Assembly (NCBI RefSeq): GCF_000143415.4
Contig: NW_003314291.1
Location: 1,220,517 to 1,284,516, forward strand
Length of the DNA: 64,000 nucleotides
Source of the DNA: Selaginella moellendorffii
Lineage: Eukaryota > Plantae > Lycopodiophyta
Direction: 5' to 3'
The position numbers and the translations under genes were made by a program. Each line of letters starts with the position of its first letter. The first letter of the stretch is position 1. Positions 24,576-37,600 of the stretch are shown one piece after another. The notes under the pieces are model-generated. The model did no database searches. It was not told the DNA's origin and worked only from the letters and a program-made list of their open reading frames with translations.

Positions 24576-25859
24576 CCTCCGTGCTGGTGAGCTATCGGTT
24601 CTAACTCTGTATCCTTTGCTTTCAAGTTCTTAGATCTTCGTGGAGCTCTCGAGAATCTAGCGTTCCTTTCCTCCTTCCCGGCAAGGTACCAAAGCTATCT
24701 ATCACTCGCTCGCCTCTACCTTCGTCTCATTTTGTTCCAGATTCCCGGGGATGTGAGCGCTGGAAAACACGATAACACGGTGCTCGTGTTTGGCGACTAC
24801 TGACCTGGTAAACACGAGCTCCTTTCTCCCCCCAACGCTCACTCACTGCTTCTTCCTCGAATCGATCACTTCGCGACCCATTAGTTACTGCGAAATCTGC
24901 GAGAACTTGCTCCACCTAACTAAGAGGGAGCATGAGAGAAGAACAGCGGCGAGGGTAAAGAGAGAGAGAAGACCGAGACAACAGCGAAACAAAACAAGCA
25001 AGGAAGCAAGCAAGAAGAAGATTATTTCTTTATGAGAGAGACATAGAGTGAGAGAAGAAAACCAAGGCGGAAGAAGAAGAAGAAGAATGAAGAAAATTTC
25101 ACCCGAGGCACTGTGCTGAATGCGACAGCGAGACAGGCAGTGAGAAGGCAGAGAAAGGCACTGGTGTTGCTCAGTATAAGCATATGATAAGAATGAAAGG
25201 TACAATGTTTTTCAAGTTTTATTTCTGGTGATTTTTCTATGCTCCAAATTTTTGCCTGTTGGTTTACTCCACCTTGTGTTATCTATCATTTTGGAGCTAT
25301 CTCATCTCCATCTCCATGGTCTTGTTCTTCCTGAAAGTTTTGGAGTCTTGGTAGTGGTTTGTTTGCTTCTTTCGTTTCTTGTATGGGAGAGGATGTTTCT
25401 TCTACTTGGACTGGAGAATCAGTCCAAGATGGGCAGCCAATGCCGCGTTCCAAGGATAATTAGTTTTGTATTATGGATTCTAGAATCATGTTTAGATGAT
25501 AAGTTATTAGCAATGGAATCCAAGCGGAAGTCCATCTCAGAGCAACAGGGTGTTCTTCTCAACTGTTGTGATGCTAGATACGAGAAAAGCTTCCCAAACG
25601 ACTAGAGCTATGTTTTTTTAGTTCTAGTGGAGAAGAGTTTGTGTCAAAACCAAAATGTGATCTTGCTTTTAGTGGAGTTTTTGACAGAATGTTGCAAGAA
25701 CAACACGATGATGTGTTCTCTTTTTTACTTCAGAAAACACAAGAACCGGGCTCTGATTTGAGAGCAATCACAGGATCATTCTATGCGCTTTCTTATCACA
25801 TCTTCCATCTTCGAATTCATGATCAGTGTGACACTGACTGCCATTTTTTGCATGTGTGA

Positions 25860-26720
25860 CTTTCAAGTTGGAAGCTCCTTAACAATGTTGCCACGAGAAC
25901 AAACCAAGCGGCATTTTGCTTGGCAATCTTCTTCATAGCTCGAGCTCCACTCCGCACTGAATCCGGCAGGCACCCAGCAGTGTTTTCCACACCACCACAT
26001 ACTCCGGAACTGGCATGCTTTGCAGCAGCTGCTCCGCCTCGGAAAGCCTCCCGACTCGTCCAAAATCATCGATTAGTCCGTAGAGATTGACGAACACGGA
26101 TCCAAGCACCGCTTGGGAGTGATCCCACCTCCTGGTGGCCTCCTTGATCTATCCCAGGCTCGCGCACGCGTCCAGCGCGACGCGGTTGAGATTCAGGCGC
26201 CCTCGAGCCGCAGGTGGCGGAAGAGATCCATCCCCACATTCTAGATTCATAGTAGCTCACCACATTCTTAACCGACATTTCCTCAAAGAGAACATTTGCC
26301 TGGAAAATATGCCCGTTCTCGGCATATGCCTGGACCACGGTGCTGTAAGAAAACACATTCGTATCGTCCATTAAATCGAACATTGACTTGGCCATCTTAA
26401 AAAACCCCACCTCTACACACCCATAAAGTATCGTGTTACGATATATAAGATCTCACTCTACCGTCTCCTCCAAATCCCCATTGTGGGCATTAATGACACG
26501 AGCCTTCGATAAAAAATCTCTCTCATTCTCCAGAGTGTGCCTGGAAGATCGGGTTCCAGCAGCCTGTCCTCAAGGCTGCCACATCACATTGCCCATACAT
26601 TTTCAAGGCAAGATTGGAGAGGTATCGATCGAGCTCATAGTTTCATGCCACGACGGAAGGAGACAATTGGGATTGCTTGGCTGGGGCAAAAAGACCCAAA
26701 ATCACAGGTGGCTGATTAAA
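25860..26720 (-). pseudogene. PLS-class PPR gene remnant with E-domain fragment
   Basis: AKSMFDLMDDTNVFSYSTVVQAYAENGHIFQANVLFEEMSVKNVVS, followed by frameshifted MP..PE.MVVWKTLL.AC-type E-domain sequence. Confidence 0.75.
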
Positions 26721-27884
26721 ATCTTAGAGTTCTTGGATGGATTTTTTTCTTGCTACTAGTGATTTTAGTGTGTTCTTTGTCTATGATGGTTCCTACCTTT
26801 TGTCAGCTCCGCAAATACTGAGGAGGAGAAGCTATCCATTCTGTGAAAGCTAAGAATAATGGTTGATGATGATGCCTTCTTCATCTGCTTGATGGAAATT
26901 TTTTGTTTTGGTTCATTTTAAGATAGAGACATATGAACTCAGGATCTCTGGTGTGCACTCTTTATAGCACCTTCTCATACTTCAGCCAAAGGATCCTCAA
27001 AGTCACATGTATTGATATAAGTCTTGACATGGCAAGTTACAAGTCATATATGCATGGAGACCAAGGCTAGAACTCCAAAACATATGCAAAAAAAAATGAA
27101 CAAATGCTCAATCAATCATGCTTTGCTTTTTACTTTGTCATTATTGTGAGTTTATTGGCAAGTTCTTAAGAACTAAAGTGAAACCATTAGCTTGGAAGAG
27201 TTAAAGACTGTTGCAAATGTGATTTTAGATATCAAAAAATATTTTTCAGTTAATCTTTAAAAACACTATCTTTTTACTATCACAATGGTAGGAAATCAGT
27301 ATTGTTAATTCTTTTTCATTAGTCTCTTTTGTTTAAGTATAGTAAATTGGGTTTAACATTTGTATTTAGCCAAATAAAGATAAAATAAAAACTCTTATAT
27401 GTTTTTTTCTGAATATATTTGATATGGTTTTTAATTCTCTTTTGCTTTGTTTTACACTAACTTGGCAAGCACTCTCATGTATTCTTAATATTGTTAAATG
27501 ATAGATTACTGTGTCCATTAAACACATTATCATGCTTTATGTGTTGGTCTTATTTCAGTCCCATGTGTTATTTATAGTAAGTGCCTATATCTATTAATGA
27601 GGCATATTTTAGAATATAGAGAGTGTTCTAAACCCTATAATGTTATTTTCACATCCTAATTCATGATTTAACACCATTTGTGAGTGCATGGAATATGGAA
27701 AGGGAATACAGAAATGTGCATATCAATTAGCCCAAAAACCCTAGCTTATATACAGGAGCGAGTGGTCTGGATTGAAACCAATCCGATAGCTACCAAAATT
27801 CACTACGCTAATATTAGTATACGGCATTGTAGCCGTACACTTGGCCCTCACATCATCCCCTCCTCTCGGAATAATGGAAGGCCG

Positions 27885-30800
27885 TCAGGGTTCTTTTGTA
27901 GATGGGCCGGGATTTGGAGGAACGTCAGGAGGAAGCATCGGCGGATCTGTAGACGGTATTAACTGCTCCTGATCCCTTTGTATGAAGCGTTTTAACCGCT
28001 GCACATGCACAATCTCTGGAGGATCGGCCTGCTGAACGTCATGCCGAACCTCATAAACTTGTGGTCCAACTTGCCGTAACACCCAATACGGTCCTTTCCA
28101 CTGCGCAAGGAGCCCCTTAGATAAACCATATACCGTAAGATGGGGAAAACGGACTAACACCAAATCATCCACTTTGTACTCCGCAGGTGGACGATGATGG
28201 GAATTGTAACGTTGTTGTTGTCCCACTTGTACGCGGCCTAAGTGTTCGGCAGACTCTGCTGGGACAAGTGGAAGAATGCTTGTCAAATACTGATCCCATG
28301 ACCTAGCATCAGGAGCTCGTGGCAATCGCGAAGGTAAACCCAACTCTGTTGGTAATATTGGATCATGACCATATAGAAGTTTATATGGTGAAGCACCAAC
28401 AGAACTCTACACCCTTGTGACATAGGCATACCGAAGAGACGGCAAATAACCATCCTAATCCGAATGCTGAAAGTTCACATACTTCACAATCATCCCTTTC
28501 AATGTCCGAACGAGCCGTTCCACCAGACCGTCTGATTGTGGATGATAAGCACTCGTAAAAGTGTGGCGTATCCCCAACCGAGATGTCAAAACATGAAATA
28601 CCTCAGCCATAAATGCAGGACCATTATCCGAAAGAATCCGCTCTGGACAAGAATGCTGGAACACCATTCGATTGAGGAGGAAGTATCCAACAACAGTTGC
28701 AGAGGCGCTAGCAAGAGCACCAACTTCCACCCAACGAGTCAAATAGTCAGAAGCAATAATAACATACTCATTGCCAGCAGTCGATCGTGGAAAAGGACCC
28801 ATAAGATCAAATGCCACCAACTCAAACGAACAGGAAATTGCAATTGACTCCAACCGTCCTTCCGCAGCACAGGGGGGGGTATTACGAGCTTGGCACCAAA
28901 CGCAGCTACGCACATACCGGATAATATTATGTCGCATCTCTAGCCAATAGAAAGACCTGCGCAGCTTCTCGGTGACACGACGGTGTCCCATATGCCCACC
29001 TAGAACAGGAGAATCATGGTAAGTATGGAGAAACCGCGGAATAAACATCGAAGGCACCACCAACCGTAAATGATCATCAGGATCCGTCCCCACAAAATAA
29101 AGAACGCCATCTTCAAGGCGATATTGAGAATGTAAATGCCGGAAAGGCAAGTCATCAGCAAGTGATGCAGGATTCTCAAACCCATCTCGAAGCCTTCGAA
29201 TCCACGGCTCAATCTTTTGAGCCTCGTGAACCTCATTAAGAGAAGGTAGATCTTGCTCTGCACCCTGTGGACACTGAACGTCAAGGACAGCAACTGCCAA
29301 CGGCACAGAATCCTCATCTAGAAAATCCATAGACGCTGGAACAACAGGTTCGTCAGAAACATGAGAAGTGAGTGGAGAAGGAAGAGGAGCTCGAGAAAGG
29401 GCATCAGCATCAGCCATAGAACTCCCTGGGCGATGAACAACATCAAAATCATATATCTAAAGCTTTAAAGCCCATCGAGCCGTATAACCAACCAGGTTCT
29501 TCCACTTCAATAATGAAGTAACAGCAGCATGGTCACCTTCAAGTAACGTCCGAGAACCATGTAGATATGCATGAAGTTTCTCAAAACCCCAGACTGCTGC
29601 TAAACACTCCTTCTCCGTCGTGGAGTAGTTCATCTCCGCTGGTTGTAATGTACGGCTTATGTATGCAATAGGATGGTGCTGACTATGCACACTCGAGCTC
29701 TCTTGCATCAACACACCTCCAAGACCAATGTTAGAAGCATCCACGCGCAAAATAAAAGGTCGAGTGTAGTCAGGATATGCCAAAACCGGAGGAGTCGTCA
29801 ATAGCTCTTTGAAATCCACGAACGCCTGCTCACAATCCGGAGACCAGATGAAAGATGACGTTGATGACTTCAGCAACGCTCGCAATGGTGTAGTGCGATC
29901 AGAAAGATGATCTACAAAACGACCGAGATACTGCACCTTACCCAAAAAGCGCTGCACATCGTTCACACACTTCGGAGTAGGGAACTTTAGAACAGCCACA
30001 AGTTTGTCAGGATCAACTTGCAAACCCTCACGAGAAATACGGTACCCAAGATAAGTTGTGTCCTTGGACCCAAACACGCACTTTGACCGCTTCAGCTTTA
30101 AACCAACATCGCGTAACTGATCCAACACCTTACAAACATCACGAACGTGCTCCTCTCACGTCCCCTCTGAGTGGATCAAGACATCATCAATGAAGTCAGC
30201 AGTCATCTCCGGTATATCGCAAAGAACCTCGTCCATCATCCGTTGGAAAGTTGCTGGAACATTGTTCAAACCAAACGGCATCACCAAGAACTCGTACAAA
30301 CCAAATGGTGTACGAAAAGCAGTCTTAGGAATATCTTCTTCGGCCATCGGTACTTGCCAATACCCAGAAGCAAGATCTAGCTTGGTGAACCAACGACTTC
30401 GCCCCAGACGATCCAAGAGATCAACAGTGTGAGGAAGAGGATACACATCTGGGATCGTCACTTCATTTAACGGACGATAGTCAATGCAGAAATGAATACT
30501 CCCATCAGGCTTTGTCACAAGATGAGGTTCACATGCCCAAGGACTCCACGACTTCCGAATAACACCCTTCTCCAGCATTTCCTTGACGTTTGCTCGTAAA
30601 ATCTTGATCTCTTTAGGTGACCAACGACGAACATGAACCTTGATTGGACGAGCATCTCGGTTGGAATCGGATGACATGTGGCAATCTTGGCCCCAGACGA
30701 TAGGTCAAATTCAAAGAGATCAGAATACTCCTTTATGAGCCGGTCAACTGTTGCAACACAAAGAGCGTCGGAGGGATCGGAAAAGGGAAAAGTAGAACAA

Positions 30801-31372
30801 GATGGAAACACAAAAGGAAAGAGTGGGGGAACAAAAGTAATGGAAGCAAAGGTAGAAGTAGAGGGATGAAGGGGTATGGAAGTGAGAGGAATGGATGAAA
30901 CATAAAGAAGTATGAGACAAGGGGGAGAAGCCTCAAAGTCACATTTGGCATGATTGCGTTGCAACCAATCCATACCAAGAATGAGGTCAAAAGCTTGACT
31001 CGGCACCACCCGCAACGACTGCAACTCAAGCTCGAGATCGCCCACACGCACAACCAGGTCCACCTCATCCCGTGCACATGCATGTGTACGGCCGTTGCCA
31101 TAAAGAATGAAAACTGGTTCTGCTGCACGACGCAAGTGTAGACGACAACGTGTGGCAACAAGTCGAGTAATAGAAGATAAACTCGAACCTGTATCAACCA
31201 ACACGGAGAGAATAATAGGAGACCTCTTGTTATAAAAACGAGCTTAGAAAGTAAACACTGGATGGACTGGTGCCGAGTGAACCCCTTGATGATACTCCCG
31301 AAAGAAAGATGGAGGGGTCACTGATTTATTCGCGCAAGGTCCCTCCGTTACTCGCATGACTCCTCGTTTCCC
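27885..31372 (-). pseudogene. pol of family A (PR-RT-RH-INT), in the -1 frame relative to gag; several stops and one frameshift
   Basis: ORF track segments 30515-31204, 30156-30677, 29457-30128, 28455-29417 and 27885-28343. Confidence 0.9.
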
Positions 31373-32280
31373 AAATGCATCTCAGTGTCCAGACCTTCCA
31401 CTGCAGCAGCACCCAGGGGACGTTGCTGACGCCAAGGTCTCCACCCAGGAAATGGAGGTCGCCAATCTGGAAAATGACGGCAACGCTGATAAGTATGACC
31501 AACTTCATCACACGCCCAGCAGCGAACATCACGGCCACGACCACGTCCTCGTGCTTGTCCTTGGACTCGAGCAGCAGTAGCATCAACCTCCATTGGAACA
31601 GGACCATCACCCATAGGAAGTGGAGCGGAAGGACGTGCAGCGAGAAGTGGAAGAGGCGACATTTCATAACGTTGTGCCAAGCGAAGAGCATCGTCAAGGG
31701 TGGCAGGAGCAAGTGCATGCACAAGGCCGATAAGATCTTGACGAAGTGCTGGCCACAACATTCCTAGCTTGATCCGCTCCGACATATTTGGCTCCACACA
31801 AAGCAAAAGACTTCGGAAACGAATGCCAAATTGCATCACCGACTCAGATGGCCCTTGGCGAAGACGATGCAATTGTTGGAAAGCATCATCACAATCATCG
31901 GCATGTCCGAAGGCGCGTTTGAAGACATCCGGGAGAACACTCCAATCCCCACGAGTGGCTGCACTCAAACCATTGTACCACTACAACGCCGTCCCTTGGA
32001 GACACGTGGGAAACTCACGCAACCGTCGAGCATCATCCCAAGAATGATATGTGGCAATCACCGTAAAGTGATCGAACCAATGGTACACATCATCCCCAGG
32101 ATTCCCGCGAAAGAACTCCGGCCGAACGCGAGGATTGGCACCAAGAGCAGGAGGAGTTGTACCACGTGCTGTGAACGCCACTATCAACTGAGTTTGGTTG
32201 TTCAATTGTAAGCACATAGCATCAAGCAATTGAACTAACTGCTGCTCTAGAGTCAAAGGAGGAGATTGCAGATCAGCCAT
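31348..32280 (-). pseudogene. gag of family A (one premature TAG at 31981-31983)
   Basis: Retrotransposon gag domain (LHRLRQGPSESVMQF), PVPMEVD motif and CCHC knuckle. Confidence 0.9.
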
Positions 32281-33956
32281 GAAGATGAACTAAAAAGAAA
32301 GAGCAAAAGAAGAGAAATGACAAAAAAGCTGGAAAGAAATGGTAGATCTAGACAATGCAAAAAGCTAGATCTAAACCAAAATCCTAAATCCAAGCACTCC
32401 CTAGGGACAATCAAAGGTGCCCCTCACTTCCACCAATGTGAGTGCATGGAATATAGAAAGGGAATACAGAAATGTGCATATCAATTAGCCCAAAAACCCT
32501 AGCTTATATACAGGAGCGAGTGGTCTGGATTGAAACCAATCCGACGGCTACCAAAATCCACTACGCTAATATTAGTATACGGCATCATAACCGTACACTT
32601 GGCCCTCACACATTCTATTTTTAATAAGTTTTCAAGCTATTCCTAGGGACCAAATCTTGGGACTAGGGTGAAAGTATAAAGTGTGTTTTTATATAAGGGG
32701 TTGTTGAGTTCAAATATATTATAAGGATAGTGATTGGAAGGAAGGTTGACCACTTGAGACATTGACTTAGCTCTCACTAAATTGTATTGTTTTTTGCCTA
32801 AGTTGGGCATAAGGCAAAGTTTAGTGTTGCTCTAGTTAGTGGGATACCCACCTTCTTACATTAGGCCACTGATATACTAAAATTATACTAAACTCTATTT
32901 AACACTATTTTGTATGCAAGAGCTAAATATAGGGAGTTGGTGCTTGTAGAGGAAATTAAATGAGTACCATACCCTCATTTCATAGCACAAAGAGCTTGAA
33001 GTTTAAATCTAAAAGGTATGTGATATTTTGTATCAGATGAATTATCTCAATGATTCTTATCAAACTTTTGTTAGAGTTTGTAACTTTAGTTGTAAACCTA
33101 TATAAGATTAGCTCAATTATACCATTCAATAAAAATATTATATATATGTTTATTTATTGATAGAGGCATGCATACAAGTAATATGATGGTGAAATAGAGC
33201 CATATTGATGATGTTGAGACTTTTAGATGAGTGAATCAATAGCAGGAAATTCCTACTAAAATGCTGTAGAAAAGGATAAGGCTGAGTCAAAGGAAGAAGA
33301 GCTTGGGTTAGAGGTTACACTACAACATATGCACAAGATATTGAAATTAAGAATTTGCAAAAGGAAATTTGTAAATTAAAGAAGGAGAACAAGAAAAAGG
33401 AAGAAAGAAGTAAAAACAACTAAAATAATTATATTTAAGTAACCAAACTCCTCTTCAAATTTTGAGGATAATATTCACCCCAGTTGCATGAGTTATAAAG
33501 TTCAAGCCCTTGAAACCACCTATTTTTAAAAGCATATAAGACTATTAAGTTTTGGAAGATTAGGTTTACAATATGGAAAACTATTTTATAGTGGCAAATG
33601 TAAATGATCATACAAAATTTATATATGCATAGGATTTTCTCATTGATCATGCCAAAACTTAGTGGCACTAAATATGCAATGAAAAAGGTCAAACTAAAAG
33701 TTAAACTAAGATGAAATCTTGTATTCATAAGAAATACTTATTGGATGATCTTAGTTTTAGACTTCACGACAATTAAGGTAATAATGGGACTTTATACACT
33801 ATATTAATGCATTTGTTCATAAACTCATTATGATTGCAAATATAAATGACAAAGGTATTCAAAGTTATTTCTTAAAAGATTTAAGTTCACTTTCTTATAA
33901 TAAGATTTTAAAATTTAATCCAAAACCATATCTAGATTGTAAGGAGGCAGTATAAC

Positions 33957-34630
33957 TGTAGCGCACCTTATCTCTCTCCCCTTAAGCCAACTGGAAAAGG
34001 GGCAATTGCTTGATGAGAGAGCCCTTAGTGGCTATTTTATCCCCATTTATCCCCTAAGGTTTCAAGGATCCACGGTGACAGTATATCCAAATCTCATCCC
34101 ATGATTACATGCGCTACACTCACCCCCCCTTCAAAGATGTCAATGTCCTCATTGATTATTGACTAAGAACCCCTATTGAGCCAAGGGGAACCAGCACCTC
34201 CATTTCCACACTCAATCTACCAATCCTTCCATTGTGTAGACCAGCTATTCCATGTGAGGCAACTAGTCATCCACCCGTACCGCAGTCCCATGGTGGATAC
34301 CTTCGTCTGTGGATATTCCACACAAGAAGAAGGACGTACGCATGGATGCCCAATACGTACGATTTCAAATTTAGGGGTAGGAATATACCTTGCTCAAGGG
34401 TATATTATACTTTTAGGTAGCCACTAATCAATGGGAATCGAACTCGTGCCATTTTCTCTAATACCAACTGTAGCGCACCTTATCTCTCTCCCCTTAAGCC
34501 AACTAGAAAAGGGGCAATTGCTTGATAAGAGAGCCCTTAGTGGCTATTTTATCCCCATTTATCCCCCAAGGTTCCAAGGATCCACGGTAACAGTATATCC
34601 AAATCTCATCCCATGATCACATGCGCTACA
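33957..34630 (-). mobile_element. Intact TRIM (terminal-repeat retrotransposon in miniature), 674 bp
   Basis: 162 bp LTRs 33957-34118 and 34469-34630 (6 differences). TSD ATAAC. PBS TGGTATTAGAG (34456-34466). PPT GAAGGGGGGGTGAG. 350 bp non-coding interior. Confidence 0.97.
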
Positions 34631-37600
34631 ATAACAAGTTGCCTCAGTATCTATATGGAACTTTGAATAAGAATAAAAACTCTAAAAATAAACAAAGTGA
34701 ATGGAAATAGAAGGTGAAAGGAAAATTTCACTTTTAAGGGTGATAATTAATGAGAGTAATGGTTAATGACCATTTACAGCTTTTTTTGTTTCTAAACCCT
34801 CTATTCCTTCTTTTAGTAGTTATAAATAATAACAACTTTTGAAACCTATTCCTAGTGGAATGGATAGTGTGGGTTATTACTTTCATTATGGAGAGGTAAA
34901 TACATATCTTTGGAATGCCCTAACAAGCATATAACAAGGTCTTGTACCAATGTCATAAGGGAAGATGGTGATTACATACAATATAATATTTAAAGATTTA
35001 GTTAAGTTGTTAGGATTGAAAGTTGAGCGAATGTCATATATACTTTTCTAATTTGTGGAAAGTGGGCAAGTAGCTAGGTAAGGAAATTTATAAGTAATGT
35101 ACATAAAAATATCTAAATAGAAAGAAAGATTGAACTTGGTAGTGTTGAAGATACCATACTTTTAGATGGTGTTTTATATGAATTTCTTCAACAAATATAT
35201 TTAAGAAATATATAGTGCTAGAAAAAGATGCATCACATTAAAGTTAAAAAATTATTCTAATATGTCCTTTCAATTGCAAAAGCACTCTCTAATGGATTGA
35301 AATGCTAAATTTTTTGTTGCAAAAATAAATCAAAAAGCAATTAAGAAAAGATGTTAGACCTTTTGGGTTTAAGTAATGAAAATTAAAGATAATGGTGATC
35401 AAGTTTAAATAAGTGATGGGGTTAATCTTGTACTAAGGGAAATTATAGAGAGCTGTTAGTAAGGAATTAAAATATCTTTTTGGAAAATTTACTACCAGAG
35501 TACCTCCTATCCATGAGATTGATCATTACATTGAAATGTTTCTGGTTCTAAACCACCTACAAAGGCTTCGTACTATTTGAACATTAAGGAGATGGTTAAA
35601 CTTAAAAAACAACTCATAGAGCTTCTTGACAAATATTATATTTGACTAAGCATGTCATTTTATGGTACAATAAAGATGTGTATCAATTATCTAGCTTTTA
35701 ATAAAATTATAGTAAAAAAATAGCTATCTATTATTTAACCAACTCTTTAAAGCTAAGTATTTATATTGCTTGATTTGCAATCTAGATATTATCAAATATG
35801 TGTGGCAAATCAAAATATAGAGAAAATAACCTTTAAGATTTATTACAAATTTTATAAGTTCTTTGTTATACCATTTGGGCTATATAATGCCTTAACTATG
35901 TTCAATATGATGATGGATAGAATATTTTGAGATTATTTGGATACATTTGTTGTTTTATATATTAACAATGTTCTAGTTTTCAATAGAATATCGGAAGATC
36001 ATTTTAAACACTTGGAGCTAGTGTTTTAAAAGTTGTGAGAAAATAAATTATATGTTAAGAAGAGTAAATACACTTTTTGTGTGTGGGCACTATACTTGTG
36101 GAAGTCATAGTGCATTTAAGCATCACTTTGGCCATTTCAAAGTATATAAGTTAAATTTATTACAATTTTGGCAAGTTGACTTTAACACTTCAGTAAATGG
36201 GTTCAACCCATCACCATAGAGATAATTATTATAAACTGATCACAAATCTTTATCTCTCTTTTATTGACCTATTTTTGAAAATAGGCATGGTCTAATAAAC
36301 AATTTCATTTGCTAGTTTATAATAGTTATCTAAATCTTTATGATATGGTTGATTTATGCTCAAGGGAATTGGGCCTTTAACTTTCCCTTTATATCCTATA
36401 AGTAGGGTTATATCATTCCTTTATAAATCAAATGGTACTTAGAGCAATAAAAGTGGTTAATTTTATTAGTCATTTTTTATTTGGTGGTGGCCATAGAATG
36501 TTTAAGCCTTAGTGTCTTTTGATGTAAAGGAGTAGTAGTTCTCCCACTCATTTAAATTAATGTATTTCCCACAAAATCTACATTTTATTAACTTTTAGAG
36601 TTATTTCATTGACAATTTGTTAGACTAGAATATGCATCAATGAGGACATCAATCTTCCTTAAGGGAGAGAGAGTGTTACAAATATGACTTCAAGTATTGA
36701 AAAATATTTATTGAACAATCCTTATTGATACTCTTTCTTTACTACTATAATGGCAATAGATCAGCTATTAGTTTCCTTTTGTTCAAGTGTAATAAACTAG
36801 ATTTAGCATTTTTACTTAGCAAAATAAATATAAGGTAAAAATCCCATATGCTTTTTATTGAGAATACTTGGTCTAGCTTTTAGTGTTCTTTTACTCTATC
36901 TTACATTGACTTGGCAAGAACCCTCATGTATTGAGTGTAATCCCTTAATATTGCTACATGATAACTTACTATATCTATCAAACACCTTCACTATTATACC
37001 TTATATATTAGTTCTATTTCAGTGCTATGTACTATTTATGGTAAGTGCCTAGATCTACTAGTGAGGCATATCTATAGAATGTAGAGAGTGTTTTGAACTC
37101 TTGTTTTGACATCATAATTCATAATCTTGTGCAAATTCATATTTAGTAAATTTTCAAACTTGTCCTAGAGATTAAGTTTTAAAACTAGGGTGAAGGCCCA
37201 AAACGTGTTTTTATATTGGGAGGTATTGGAAGTATGGTAAACCATTTGAGACATTAATTTGACTTTTACTAGGCTGTGTTGCTCTTTAGTTTGTGTCTAA
37301 TTTGAGTGTAAGCCCATGTTTCATGTTGTGGGGTACCCACCTCCTTGCATTAATCCATTGGTATACTAAAATTGTGCTAAAATATATCTGATACTATTTT
37401 GCATATAGAAGTTAAATATGGGAAGTTAGTGCTTGTAGAGAAAATTAAGTGTATATTAGACCCTTATTTTATAGTGTAATAGATTTAGAGTTCAGTTTTG
37501 AATTCAGATGCACTATAGAGATGAGTGCTCATTTTTGGCAAAAAATGGTAACATATAGTAGGAATATAGTCTGTTGGTTTTGCAATTACTTAGTTCTTCA

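Larger units (their letters stand above)
27679..32610 (-). mobile_element. Near-intact compact Ty3/gypsy LTR retrotransposon family A (4.9 kb)
   Basis: LTRs 27679-27852 and 32437-32610 (174 bp, TG...CA, 7 differences). TSD CATT. PBS TGGTGGAAGTGAGGGG (32420-32435). PPT next to 27853. Domain order gag (CWACDEVGHTYQRC)-PR (LVDTGS)-RT (FIDD)-RH-INT (HHCC, DDE, WKGPY). Confidence 0.97.
27209..37517 (+). mobile_element. Old, heavily AT-decayed Ty3/gypsy family B element (5' LTR 27209-~33025 interrupted; 3' LTR 36674-37517) hosting two nested insertions
   Basis: Termini TGTTGCAAATGTGA... and ...GATGCACTATA align with the young LTR 58448-59368. Degenerate PBS ~33028. gag/PR/RT remnants to ~36080. 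PPT AAGGGAGAGAGAG precedes 36674. Flanks AAGAC/GAGAT fit a decayed GAGAC TSD. Confidence 0.8.
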
